Shown: positions 39,355 through 49,094 of the stretch, piece after piece
Layout: every line of letters begins with the position of its first letter
How positions within the stretch are numbered: position 1 is the stretch's first letter
DNA from: a virus
Lineage: Duplodnaviria; Caudoviricetes
IMG/VR virus record: IMGVR_UViG_3300043434_000734
Coordinates: 149,707 to 213,706 of that record
Strand: one strand, 5' to 3'
DNA: 64,000 nucleotides
Position numbers and translations under genes: made by a program
The notes under the pieces: model-generated
The model's input: the letters and a program-made list of their open reading frames with translations, nothing else
The model's database searches: none
What the model was told of the DNA's origin: nothing

Positions 39355-39687
39355 TTATAAAAATCTATTAAATTCAGATTTTATTTTATTAACTGATTCA
39401 TTGATTTCGTATTCAACACTTTCATCAAATTCAACATCAACGGACTCATTGTCGTTTGAAACTTCCTCACCGTTGGTTGATAATTTATTTGAAAGGTCAA
39501 CCATTAACTTATCGATTAACTCTTGATTGTCACCAACCAATTCTTTGAATTGACTAACGAAACTATCTGTCATTCTTTCGGCCTCACTAGCAACATCCAT
39601 TGGTTCAACACCGTCGGCTTGTTCATTAAGATTTTTAGTCATAATTCTTTTTAATTGTTCTTCGGTGATTTTAAGTTTCTTTGACAT
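39355..39687 (-). CDS. acidic TExQ-leader protein
   Basis: MSKKLKITEEQLKRIMTKNLNEQ. Confidence 0.75.
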   Translation of the reverse strand: MSKKLKITEEQLKRIMTKNLNEQADGVEPMDVASEAERMTDSFVSQFKELVGDNQELIDKLMVDLSNKLSTNGEEVSNDNESVDVEFDESVEYEINESVNKIKSEFNRFL

Positions 39688-39761
39688 TTTTGTGTATTTG
39701 TATATAAATATCGGTTATTTATTTAAAACGTTTTATTTACCGTTAATTAGTTATATTCTCA

Positions 39762-39875
39762 TTACTTCTTCAATAACTTTTTTAAGATTGCAAGATTACT
39801 TTTATATAATTCCATTTTCTTTCTTCCTGAACGTACACTTCTCATTGCACGTGGTTTTTTTAATTTTGTCCCCAT
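39762..39875 (-). CDS. 37-aa basic peptide not in the ORF track
   Basis: MGTKLKKPRAMRSVRSGRKKMELYKSNLAILKKLLKK; TATTTATA at 39891-39898. Confidence 0.6.
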   Translation of the reverse strand: MGTKLKKPRAMRSVRSGRKKMELYKSNLAILKKLLKK

Positions 39876-39975
39876 AATAAATGTCTTTTATATAAATACA
39901 TAAAATCCCACAAATTTCAACGGGGGTTCCGGCGTGCGAAAACAAAACCGTGAAAGGGGCTTCCGGTCATCAAAA

Positions 39976-40209
39976 TTATACGGGAAGAACACATAAACGT
40001 TCAAACTCATCATTTCTTAACGCAAATGTTTGTTCGTGATTACCACCATCCGATTTAAGATGAACCAAATATAGACCCAAGTTTGTTTTCTCCACGTCGA
40101 TTTTTTGTCCGGGTATAAATCCCATATCCATCAACCTTAATCTTAGACAAGGTTTACAGTTATAACAGGGATTATTCTCAATGACGTCCGATATTTCGTA
40201 GTGTTTCAT
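39976..40209 (-). CDS. FeoA-like SH3 domain protein
   Basis: LRLMDMGFIPGQKI...ALRNDE. Confidence 0.75.
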   Translation of the reverse strand: MKHYEISDVIENNPCYNCKPCLRLRLMDMGFIPGQKIDVEKTNLGLYLVHLKSDGGNHEQTFALRNDEFERLCVLPV

Positions 40210-40210
40210 A

Positions 40211-40942
40211 CTAAGGTTGTTTATCGTACCACTTCTTTAACGACTCAATATAACTGGCGGTCATATGGTCCTTAATTGTCTTTCCCGTCACCACAGATTT
40301 AATATAATTCCAGACACGTTCCCAATCAATCATATACTTCTTAATATTACCCTCGTAGTCGATTCGTAACATATGGTTAACGTGATAGTATCCAATGTTC
40401 GGAGAACGTGTCACCAGGTCGTTATTATGGACGATTCTGAGGGTTTTAATGTTCATCTTATCATAGTTATCCTTAAAGGTCTTATTACCAACTCTGGGAC
40501 TCCCTATGGTACAACATTCAATAGGTGTATTTGTAAACACGTGTGAAAGATTATATGCACACAAGGTAGCAACCGCAGCACCAAGACTATGACCACACAC
40601 AACAATCTTATCATACCCACTCATCTTAGTGATATCTTTAAGAACGATGTTCTTAACGGCATCCCAAGAAGATAGGAAACCAATATGTACTTTATCACCA
40701 GGATTTATGAATGGAACCTTATCGATTGATGCATCGTTCTGAGCATCCTTCTTGGATGACGTTCCTCTGAAGACCACATAGAGTGACTTCCCTTTCATTG
40801 CAACAAATCCCTGTGTATCGGTTTTCTTATCATCAACCCATTTAACAGACGTTAGTCCGTATTCACCGAAGTCAATGTCTTTTTGGTCTTTGTATACAAC
40901 GTCACATAAGTGGACATTGTAGAGTATGTCGTCTTTTGTCAT
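40211..40942 (-). CDS. class 3 lipase
   Basis: VVFRGT, VHIGF, GHSLG, TIGSPRVGN, DLV; start moved to ATG 40942. Confidence 0.92.
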   Translation of the reverse strand: MTKDDILYNVHLCDVVYKDQKDIDFGEYGLTSVKWVDDKKTDTQGFVAMKGKSLYVVFRGTSSKKDAQNDASIDKVPFINPGDKVHIGFLSSWDAVKNIVLKDITKMSGYDKIVVCGHSLGAAVATLCAYNLSHVFTNTPIECCTIGSPRVGNKTFKDNYDKMNIKTLRIVHNNDLVTRSPNIGYYHVNHMLRIDYEGNIKKYMIDWERVWNYIKSVVTGKTIKDHMTASYIESLKKWYDKQP

Positions 40943-40946
40943 ATGT

Positions 40947-41258
40947 TTAAATCGGTCTATTACCACGGAACGCACGTTCCACGTCGTGTTTGGTGCAACC
41001 AAACCATTTGGCAATGTCCCTCATCATTGGGTACAATGCCTTATCGGATAGATGTGTTGGTCTACATTGGTCCTTAACATAGTCAGGAGGACACAGTTTA
41101 ATCCCATCAGTTGATTCCGTATAGTAACAACCCATATGTTTCATTGACCACGCAATAAGTTTCTTAACCTCCTTACTTGAGTGTTTGTCTTCGTTGAGGG
41201 TTTCAGTAGTGTTAGATATTAAAGTCCTTAATTGTTCTTCTGTTATAAGAATGTTCAT
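40947..41258 (-). CDS. TExQ-leader protein with possible HicA-like domain
   Basis: MNILITEEQL; SKEVKKLI...GC...KL.PP...H. Confidence 0.45.
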   Translation of the reverse strand: MNILITEEQLRTLISNTTETLNEDKHSSKEVKKLIAWSMKHMGCYYTESTDGIKLCPPDYVKDQCRPTHLSDKALYPMMRDIAKWFGCTKHDVERAFRGNRPI

Positions 41259-41274
41259 AACATATAAATATATT

Positions 41275-41613
41275 CTAACGCCAAAGAATTTGAATTCCGA
41301 GAATCACCATACCGAGTATAAGACACACAACGGTTTTTAATGTTAACGGTTCTTTGAAGATATAATAACTCATTAGACCAAAGACAATAATACCTATGGA
41401 GAACCCTATTAGACGACTTGGCCATATCTCACCGTTAAAGGATTTAACAAGATATTCTACCGATTTGAGAAACATATAACTAAGTGGTATTGATGACAAT
41501 AATGTTAGTATTGGGTATTTTTGTAAAAATCCCCATTTAACATTCCCCTGTAGTTGAAGAAAGGTTAATATTTGTGCTGCAATTCCATATAGTATTCCGA
41601 TTATTAAGTCCAT
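41275..41613 (-). CDS. 4-TM small membrane protein, paralog of 1642-1995
   Basis: FNGEIWPSR, PLTLKTVVCLIL. Confidence 0.65.
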   Translation of the reverse strand: MDLIIGILYGIAAQILTFLQLQGNVKWGFLQKYPILTLLSSIPLSYMFLKSVEYLVKSFNGEIWPSRLIGFSIGIIVFGLMSYYIFKEPLTLKTVVCLILGMVILGIQILWR

Positions 41614-41677
41614 AGAATAGAATATACGAAATATAGTTGAAATAAAAAACCCTCCATTAGGAGGGTTTTTGTATTAT

Positions 41678-42631
41678 TTAGTTTAATCTCTCGTTGTAAA
41701 ATTGGAAGAATTCCTGAAGATGTTTCTCTGACATTATACTTTTACCTTTTGGGATATTTTCACCTCTCATAAACGCATCAAAACAATATAGAGCTGTAGT
41801 ACATATAACATTCTTTGCTATATTATAACAATCCGCTTTTGACCATATCTCTGAATATCTACCATATAATGTGGTATACACATAACTAACCCCATCAATT
41901 ACCTTATCGTTATTTATTTGAGTTATACCATTTTTAAAATTTTGGTACATTAAATCAAAACGTTTGTGGTTTACCCCATATTTTTTACCCACCATTAATA
42001 AACAACCAAACATAACGGGACTATATCTCGTATCGGGATTTTGTTTTTTTGTGTTTTGGATACCCATTTTATCAATATGTGTGATAACATCCCAATAGTA
42101 TGGTAATTGTATATCCTCAAAACTTGAAGTCTGTAGGTAATTTCCTTTGTCGTCGTTACCATATCTACACGCAATTTCAACTGCTCTCTTGTATTTTCCA
42201 TCCTTTATAACCGGACTTTGTGGAACGTAGTCTTTATATCTGTGAATTCCTGTAATCTTTTCATTTGACTTTTCAACTGAATTATGACTATCAATACTGT
42301 AGTATATCGACTTCATATCCTCTAAACTATCCACATCATAAATTATAACTAAGAAGGGTGTATCAGGAATAAGTTCGGGTTTAGATTCGTAAACATAAAA
42401 ACGAGTATTACCGTCGAATCGGAAATAATCCCCTACTTTATATTTACCAAATGCTTTAACAACTTTACCCACAATAATCAATGAGTGTGTCGGTAGATAT
42501 TTTTTAGCAAGTAACTTAGAGACCTTTTTTAAACGAGGTTCGGTGTCTCGATTAATCTTTACCGGTTTAAGTTTTGAAAGTTTTGAATAGGACCACATTT
42601 CAGCTCGGGCGTTGTAATTTTTAGTTTTCAT
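41678..42631 (-). CDS. ParB-N-like domain protein
   Basis: FRFDGNTR motif. Confidence 0.5.
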   Translation of the reverse strand: MKTKNYNARAEMWSYSKLSKLKPVKINRDTEPRLKKVSKLLAKKYLPTHSLIIVGKVVKAFGKYKVGDYFRFDGNTRFYVYESKPELIPDTPFLVIIYDVDSLEDMKSIYYSIDSHNSVEKSNEKITGIHRYKDYVPQSPVIKDGKYKRAVEIACRYGNDDKGNYLQTSSFEDIQLPYYWDVITHIDKMGIQNTKKQNPDTRYSPVMFGCLLMVGKKYGVNHKRFDLMYQNFKNGITQINNDKVIDGVSYVYTTLYGRYSEIWSKADCYNIAKNVICTTALYCFDAFMRGENIPKGKSIMSEKHLQEFFQFYNERLN

Positions 42632-42632
42632 T

Positions 42633-43217
42633 TTATTTTTTGTTTTTTAATGTTTTTAAAAATGTTAAAAGATGTGTGTAAGAAGTTCCCTTAAGAAGGT
42701 TATGTTTTTTAAAGAAATAATTAACGTCATATGAAATAATACTTATTCGTTTAGCCACGTAAGTGTTATGTAAATTAATTTCTTTAGAATCGTTCATCGC
42801 ACTTAATTTCAGTTGCGGGTTATTGGTGACAGCCTCTTTTGGTACACAAAAGAAAGAGGCTATGAAATTAATGTCTATAAAACATAGTATAAAATAATCA
42901 AAGTCCTGCCAATCTCTAATGTTTGTGATTGAGTTTTTTCCGTATTTATCGACAATAGATGTTTTTACTTCAAAAAATGTTTCTCTATTGATGTGTAAAT
43001 CACCTCTATCAGATAATAAATCTCTATCTGTACTTCTCAAAAACGGTCTTAAATCGTATATAATTTTTTTCGGTAATAATTTTCCGTAAGTACACGGAGC
43101 ACAGACATTATGAATTTTAAGAATAAAATCCGACATCTTTAATTGGTAGTCCGAATCGGTAATATTATTACGTTTATTTTGTTTACTTCTTGCCTCAATC
43201 AATAGGTCTTTGTCCAT
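42633..43217 (-). CDS. PD-(D/E)xK restriction-endonuclease-like protein
   Basis: RGDL...FEVKTS, DFDYFILCF. Confidence 0.6.
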   Translation of the reverse strand: MDKDLLIEARSKQNKRNNITDSDYQLKMSDFILKIHNVCAPCTYGKLLPKKIIYDLRPFLRSTDRDLLSDRGDLHINRETFFEVKTSIVDKYGKNSITNIRDWQDFDYFILCFIDINFIASFFCVPKEAVTNNPQLKLSAMNDSKEINLHNTYVAKRISIISYDVNYFFKKHNLLKGTSYTHLLTFLKTLKNKK

Positions 43218-43254
43218 TTTGTTTAGATTAGTTATGCAATATTAATAAGGATAT

Positions 43255-43450
43255 TCTAATTTTCCAAAAAATTTTCTGGAATTTTTTTTTCGATTTCCAC
43301 ATAAAAAGTCAATTTTTGGGATTTTTTCTGGAAAAATTTCTGTCGAGGCATTGACCCCCCTTTTAGACCCCCCCAAAATACCCTATATAAGGGGGGATAC
43401 GGGAGGGGGGTCCCCCCACAGGGGTACGGGGGGAGGTGGATACCCCTATA
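43255..43450. other. A-tract region followed by G/C homopolymer runs
   Basis: Repeated TTTTCTGGA and A/T tracts, C-runs 43344-43369, G-runs of 6,3,6,4,6 at 43391-43433. Confidence 0.8.
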
Positions 43451-43614
43451 CCTGCCACACAAATAATCCAATGGTCCACCTGATCACACATCTTGTTATT
43501 TAGACTGATAATAAATTAAAAAAAAGTATCATATAAATTTGTTATATAATAAAACATATGTTATATTTGTATACACAATCAGAACGGGGACAGGTCTACT
43601 GAACACCACACACT

Positions 43615-43878
43615 ATGAGTACTTTATTTGTAACAATGTCAAATTTGAGAAACGAGTTAATGAAGAAGTATGGTAACAATCGTATCTTCTTAAAAGAAAT
43701 TATGAACTCGGATGAGGTAATGGTCATTTGTTTTAATGTCGGAGGTAACTACGATTCAATTGTTGGGGAGGTTGTATTAACTGATGAGGGTTGGACACTT
43801 GGGGAGTTTAACCACGAAGTCTTTGAGATGTTATTAGACCACCAAAAATCGTTTACTGAAATTGGAGTTTTGAATTAG
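43615..43878 (+). CDS. hypothetical early protein
   Basis: Own promoter and terminator. Confidence 0.8.
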   Translation: MSTLFVTMSNLRNELMKKYGNNRIFLKEIMNSDEVMVICFNVGGNYDSIVGEVVLTDEGWTLGEFNHEVFEMLLDHQKSFTEIGVLN

Positions 43879-44245
43879 ATTTGTTGTTCATCCAAAGTCA
43901 TCCCTCACTGAGAAATCGGTGGGGGATTTTTGGTTTATGGGGTAAATAGTTGACGGTAGTCAGGAAGGGGTGAAATGTTGTGTGGCAGTCTCACCTGTAA
44001 CGTCCCCTGATCTTATTGTGTGGCAAGTGATGTAAAATGTGGATAACTTTATTTGGTATAATCAAAATAGTTGTATATCTTTGTGGTTTGGTTTGTGTGC
44101 CACACAAGTTATGGGTACGTCCTCCGTCCCACCCCAAAAGTTAAGGGTATGTTAAATAAAAAATAATTTAATTTTTTTTATATAATAATTTGGATGGTAA
44201 ATTAGAATTGACTACCTTTACATAACACAAAAAAACACACACATT

Positions 44246-44812
44246 ATGACAACCCAAGTAAAAACCCAAATCGTAGTTAATGACCAAGAAATGGAATTGG
44301 TATTTCGTGAAGTTGAAAACCAAGTTCCCGTTCCATTTATTTCAGTTACTTTAAAAACCGAGTTTAAGGGTATGTTAAAGAAATGTAAGGAAGATGGAGA
44401 AATCAATCCTTACTACAAATCTTTACAAAAGGTTTCGACCAAAACTTTTCTTTTAGTAACTGACTATGTAAAAAGAGTCAAGGGAAATCGTACGAAAGAA
44501 GGTAAAGACCCCGAATCTTTTGTAGTTGAATCCCCAAGTGGTAAAGTTCATATTTCTAAATGTCTTTTAACTGACACCGAAACACACACCAAACGTTATG
44601 TAATGTTAGAGTGGTTTCCCGAAACAAAAGGTTCTACTGAATATTTTCAAGGTAACGACCGAATCGGTAAAGAGTTATTCTCAAAGTGGATGACCAATTA
44701 TGACACCTCAAATGAGAAACAAGGTTTGGAGAGAGAGGTTAAACCAATTACCCCACTATTCGAAAGTATCGTTTCCTTTCGAGTGAATGGAATGGAATAC
44801 ATTAGAGGTTAG
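44246..44812 (+). CDS. hypothetical early protein
   Basis: 188 aa; own promoter and terminator. Confidence 0.85.
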   Translation: MTTQVKTQIVVNDQEMELVFREVENQVPVPFISVTLKTEFKGMLKKCKEDGEINPYYKSLQKVSTKTFLLVTDYVKRVKGNRTKEGKDPESFVVESPSGKVHISKCLLTDTETHTKRYVMLEWFPETKGSTEYFQGNDRIGKELFSKWMTNYDTSNEKQGLEREVKPITPLFESIVSFRVNGMEYIRG

Positions 44813-45082
44813 TTCCCCTACTAACCGAAAAGACCACCCCGAAAGGAGTGGTTTTTTTTTGTCCAAAAAAAATTCTGAGGTTCGGAAAAAATTGTGTGGC
44901 AATTGTCATACATTAACACCATTTTAACAATTTAAATTTGGTGGGACGAAGACAAGAAAAAATTATTGTGTGGCAAATGCCAAATAAAAATTCGGTCGAG
45001 AAAAACCTTAACAAAGTGTTAACAAATAAAATCGTTGGATAATGATTATTGTTGTATATTTGTCATACAAACAAACCACGTT

Positions 45083-45277
45083 ATGACATCAACATTTTTA
45101 CCCATTGAGGAAATCCCAATGAAGTGTTTTAGAATCAAATTTCCCAACAACACCTACGATGTGTTCATCCCCGATACTACTGACAAGAGTAGTTGTGTGA
45201 ACATTACCGATGAAAATGGTGACCAAATCCCATTCAAGGATTGGGATAACGTTCTACAATTTTTACCAAACATTTAA
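45083..45277 (+). CDS. hypothetical early protein
   Basis: ATG 45083 after promoter at 45055. Confidence 0.7.
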   Translation: MTSTFLPIEEIPMKCFRIKFPNNTYDVFIPDTTDKSSCVNITDENGDQIPFKDWDNVLQFLPNI

Positions 45278-45529
45278 CAAATTAACCCCTTACGAAAGTG
45301 AGGGGTTTTTTTATGTGTAACCTTACACGTCCCTGAGAAATTTGTGTGGCGCCGATGTGGATAACTTTATTTTGTATAATAAAAATAGTTGTATACCTTT
45401 GTGGTCGGTTTTAATTTTGCCATACAAAATCCTCCACGGGTTCAGGACGTCCTAAAAAAATTAATAAAATGTTTGGTCTATAATAAATTATCTTGTATAT
45501 TTGTATCAACAAACAAACACAAATACATT

Positions 45530-45871
45530 ATGGAAACATTAGTAACTACCATTGTTAGAGATGAAAAAATTGAAAGTCTAAGAAAAGAATTGAATCAATT
45601 AGCACTTGAAAAATTCATAGATGAATTGTCATTCGAGGATATTAGAATAACAAGTTGTATCCATACAATTACGGGTATCAATTATTTGAAAATGTATGTT
45701 CATCTTCCCGAGTATCGTTCAAACACAAAGGACAAAGTGATTAATAAAAAACAAACAGCACATTTAGGTAAGTCGTCCAAAGTTTTCCCTTTAATGGTTA
45801 ATGAGAATTTTCGTAACTATATGGTAATAAAAATGAAAGATACACTTACACGAAAATTTTTAAACAAATAG
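45530..45871 (+). CDS. hypothetical early protein
   Basis: ATG 45530 after promoter at 45496. Confidence 0.8.
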   Translation: METLVTTIVRDEKIESLRKELNQLALEKFIDELSFEDIRITSCIHTITGINYLKMYVHLPEYRSNTKDKVINKKQTAHLGKSSKVFPLMVNENFRNYMVIKMKDTLTRKFLNK

Positions 45872-45875
45872 AGAT

Positions 45876-46082
45876 ATGAAAAAGACAACATTTTGGTTTT
45901 CAACTATTACGTTAATGTTTATGGGTACGTTATTATTCTTTGTAGGTTTAGAGAACTACCAAGATGAAATGTTACCAAAAGGAGTTAGAGAAAGTTTTTT
46001 GGTTGTGAGTGGTTTTGGTTTATTGGTTAGTATGTTTGGTTGTGTGTGTGGGGTGTTTAGTGATAAACGCCATTTGATTTAG
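45876..46082 (+). CDS. 2-TM small membrane protein
   Basis: Two hydrophobic helices. Confidence 0.75.
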   Translation: MKKTTFWFSTITLMFMGTLLFFVGLENYQDEMLPKGVRESFLVVSGFGLLVSMFGCVCGVFSDKRHLI

Positions 46083-46373
46083 TTCGTTTTTTTTGTTGTT
46101 CACATTAGAATCCCTCGGAGTTTTACTTCGGGGGATTTTTGTTTACCACAGATTTTCCGTCCTGATCCGCATCTTATATTGTGTGGCAACCATCTCACCG
46201 TGATTGTGATCAGACGGGATTTATTTGTGTGGCATTTGCCAGATGAATTGATCACCCGGATCAAACGGTCCCCTTATTTAGAATGAAAATAAATTAAAAA
46301 AAAGTATATAATTTATTTGGTGTATAATAAATTATGTATTATATTTGTGTATACAAAAAAACACAAACACACG

Positions 46374-47186
46374 ATGAAAATTACAAACGACTCAATCTGT
46401 TCGATGATAGTTTCAAAGGACTTCAAAGACCACCAAAGTAAATTCACATTAAACGTTCTTGAAACTAAAGGTTTAAACGATAACCAAAGTAGAATGTTAG
46501 GTGAGAAATTGAATTTCTACGAACAATCAGGTTTCCGTATGTTAGTATTCTCTAAAAAGTCAAAAGAGAACTTGGAAAACTATCTTATCCCTAAAGATAT
46601 CCGTTTAGATGTGTTGAGAAATTTACCTAATAGAAAAGATGTTATTCAAATTGATGAGAACAATTGTATCAAATATATGAAGGATGATGATACATTATGT
46701 TTTGCTACCCATTATAGAAAGTCGTCTGACTTCGGTACTAAACCTACTTGGGATAATATGATTCACACACATTTCTTTTATGTGGATTTAAAGACTGGTC
46801 ATATGGGATTTGATGAGTCAAACACATACACTAAAGAAGATGTTAAAGATGTCAAGACATTCATTGAGAAATTCTATTCACGTTTCTTAGTTGTAGTTAC
46901 TTACTTGGAATTAACCGATGTGACTTTGGATATTGTTGAGGGTGTGTTAGGTAAGAATAAAAATAAGAAGTCTAATTTGACTATTAGTAATAGTTCACGT
47001 TTCAATGTCATACACGTTAATACGAATTGGAACACAATGGTTATCAACGTTAGTACGTTTGGAGTACGTGGACATTGGAGATTACAACAATGTGGTGTGG
47101 GTAGAAGTCATTACAAGTATGTGTGGGTTAAACCTTATGAGAAAGGTCTCACTCGTAGACTACCTCAAAAAGAATTAGTTGGTTAA
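46374..47186 (+). CDS. phage hypothetical protein with VRGHWR motif
   Basis: C-terminal VRGHWRLQQCGVGRSHYKYVWVKPYEKG. Confidence 0.8.
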   Translation: MKITNDSICSMIVSKDFKDHQSKFTLNVLETKGLNDNQSRMLGEKLNFYEQSGFRMLVFSKKSKENLENYLIPKDIRLDVLRNLPNRKDVIQIDENNCIKYMKDDDTLCFATHYRKSSDFGTKPTWDNMIHTHFFYVDLKTGHMGFDESNTYTKEDVKDVKTFIEKFYSRFLVVVTYLELTDVTLDIVEGVLGKNKNKKSNLTISNSSRFNVIHVNTNWNTMVINVSTFGVRGHWRLQQCGVGRSHYKYVWVKPYEKGLTRRLPQKELVG

Positions 47187-47447
47187 TTGATTGTGTGTGT
47201 GGAACCCCCGATGAGAGTCGGGGGTTTTTTTGTGTCTGAAGGGTTCCGTCTCCTGAGCCATATCATATTTTGTGTGGCAGGTTCACCGTCAGGGCCGGCT
47301 GTGATCATCTTGTGTGGCAATTGTCATACATAGTATCCTTGCCAATCAATGTTGTGATTGACTTCAGGGTAGACCAAAAAAATAAATTAAATAATATTTG
47401 GTGTATAATAAATTATGTATTATATTTGTGTATTAAATGATAATAAA

Positions 47448-48059
47448 ATGAGAAAGAAAAAAATCGATTTAAGTTTAGTCACAATCCATACGAGTTCACT
47501 TGTTAGTGTTGACCCAAGAAATGATTTAGACGGCACTAATATCTATAACACAGAATTCATTCAGTTTATTACTGGTGAAATAAAAATGTACAATTTGGAT
47601 TCAGATAATGATGACGTTATCATTTTGGGTAATTTTAAATTGATGTTATTGTGGGGTACGGAAGAAATGATTTATGAATCGTTAGATAGTCACAGCAGAA
47701 ATACTGTAACATATGGTGACGAATTGTTCGATGAGGATATGAATGTGAAGGATGAATATTATGATTTGATGTGTGAAATATATGAGAATCGATTTTTAAT
47801 TGTTGAGGAGATTAATATAAATGAAGAATACCGAGGTCAGGGAGTGGTAAAAAAACTAATCGACACTATTAATTTAACATATCGTTGTCCAATGGTTTTA
47901 ATACCTTTTCCACTACAATATCAACCAACTCACGATAATGAAGAAGAATTAAAACTACTTCCCCCAATTAATGGTCCGATGAGAAAGGTTGTTAATTCCT
48001 ATAAGAGATGTGGGTTTAAGAAACCTAAACCGAGTTCACTCCTAATGGTTAAATGGTAA
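47448..48059 (+). CDS. GNAT-like acetyltransferase
   Basis: ININEEYRGQGVVKKLI and SYKRCGF. Confidence 0.65.
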   Translation: MRKKKIDLSLVTIHTSSLVSVDPRNDLDGTNIYNTEFIQFITGEIKMYNLDSDNDDVIILGNFKLMLLWGTEEMIYESLDSHSRNTVTYGDELFDEDMNVKDEYYDLMCEIYENRFLIVEEININEEYRGQGVVKKLIDTINLTYRCPMVLIPFPLQYQPTHDNEEELKLLPPINGPMRKVVNSYKRCGFKKPKPSSLLMVKW

Positions 48060-48359
48060 TCATAGTCCCACTCCAATCGAGTGGGATTTTTGTTTACCAC
48101 AGATTTTCCGTCCTGATCCGCATCTTATATTGTGTGGCAAAGAAACCTCCACCGTGATCTGTGCCGATCAGGTGCAATATGTTGTTTGGCAATTGCCACT
48201 CAATGTTCGGTGCTGTCACCGTCGCCTAATTCGTGTGGATAATGTGTGGAAAAAAAATAAAAAAAAAGTTTAAATATTTTTGGATATAATAAAAAAGGTT
48301 GTATCTTTGACATATCAAACAACCAAAGCGGTGGACAGCGTTACTGAACAAAATTTACT

Positions 48360-49094
48360 ATGTCATATTCAGGCAAAAAAATTAATGAAATTTACTCTAC
48401 TAAGGAGTACGCGAAATTCAAGTTAATCAAAGGTAATCGCGTTATCAAAAATCCTAAGATTAAAAAACTTGTTAAGTCGATGACTGAAAACGGGTGGTTA
48501 CCTGGCTCTTATGTAATCGTTAATAGCAAATGGGAAATCATCGATGGCCAACATAGAATCTTGGCAGGTATGCAATGTAATCTACCTATTGTTTATACAA
48601 TGGAGAAGAAAGCTGATGAGAAAGTAATGCGTGGTTTGAATACCGCAGGAGATAATTGGCAATTGAACGACCACTTACACGGATTTGTGGAAGATGGAAA
48701 TGAGCACTACATTAAGTTAGATAACTTGATGAAGGCTTTTCCCGAGTTAAAAATTACGGAGGCGATGATGTTATGTAAAAACGCTTATGTTGGTATTCCT
48801 CGTGGAACATTCGAGAGTGGTGAATTCACAACTAAGAATATGACCATAGCACATCAGTGGGGTGAGTACATTATGCGATTGAAACCTTTCGCTAAATTCT
48901 TTAACACGGGTATCTTTGTTAGAGCGTTAGTATGTTGTCTTACAAAGGAAGGTTTTAACTTCGAGGACTTTATGAGAAAGATTGAACTTCGACCAACTTC
49001 GTTAGTTAAGTGTGGAACGAGAGAACAATACATCGAATTATTTGAGAGTATCTACAACTATCGTAGAAGCGATAAATTGAACTTACGATACTAA
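48360..49094 (+). CDS. ParB-N-like domain protein
   Basis: GNR...LVKSM...VIVN...IIDGQHRI. Confidence 0.8.
   Translation: MSYSGKKINEIYSTKEYAKFKLIKGNRVIKNPKIKKLVKSMTENGWLPGSYVIVNSKWEIIDGQHRILAGMQCNLPIVYTMEKKADEKVMRGLNTAGDNWQLNDHLHGFVEDGNEHYIKLDNLMKAFPELKITEAMMLCKNAYVGIPRGTFESGEFTTKNMTIAHQWGEYIMRLKPFAKFFNTGIFVRALVCCLTKEGFNFEDFMRKIELRPTSLVKCGTREQYIELFESIYNYRRSDKLNLRY

Larger units (their letters stand above)
46132..48140 (+). repeat. 58-bp exact direct repeat (46132-46189, 48083-48140) and 38-bp exact promoter repeat (46315-46352, 47396-47433)
   Basis: Direct sequence comparison. Confidence 0.92.

Noticed and set aside
43256-43471. 71-aa Gly/Pro-rich ORF (-)
   Set aside because: Artefact of G/C homopolymer runs
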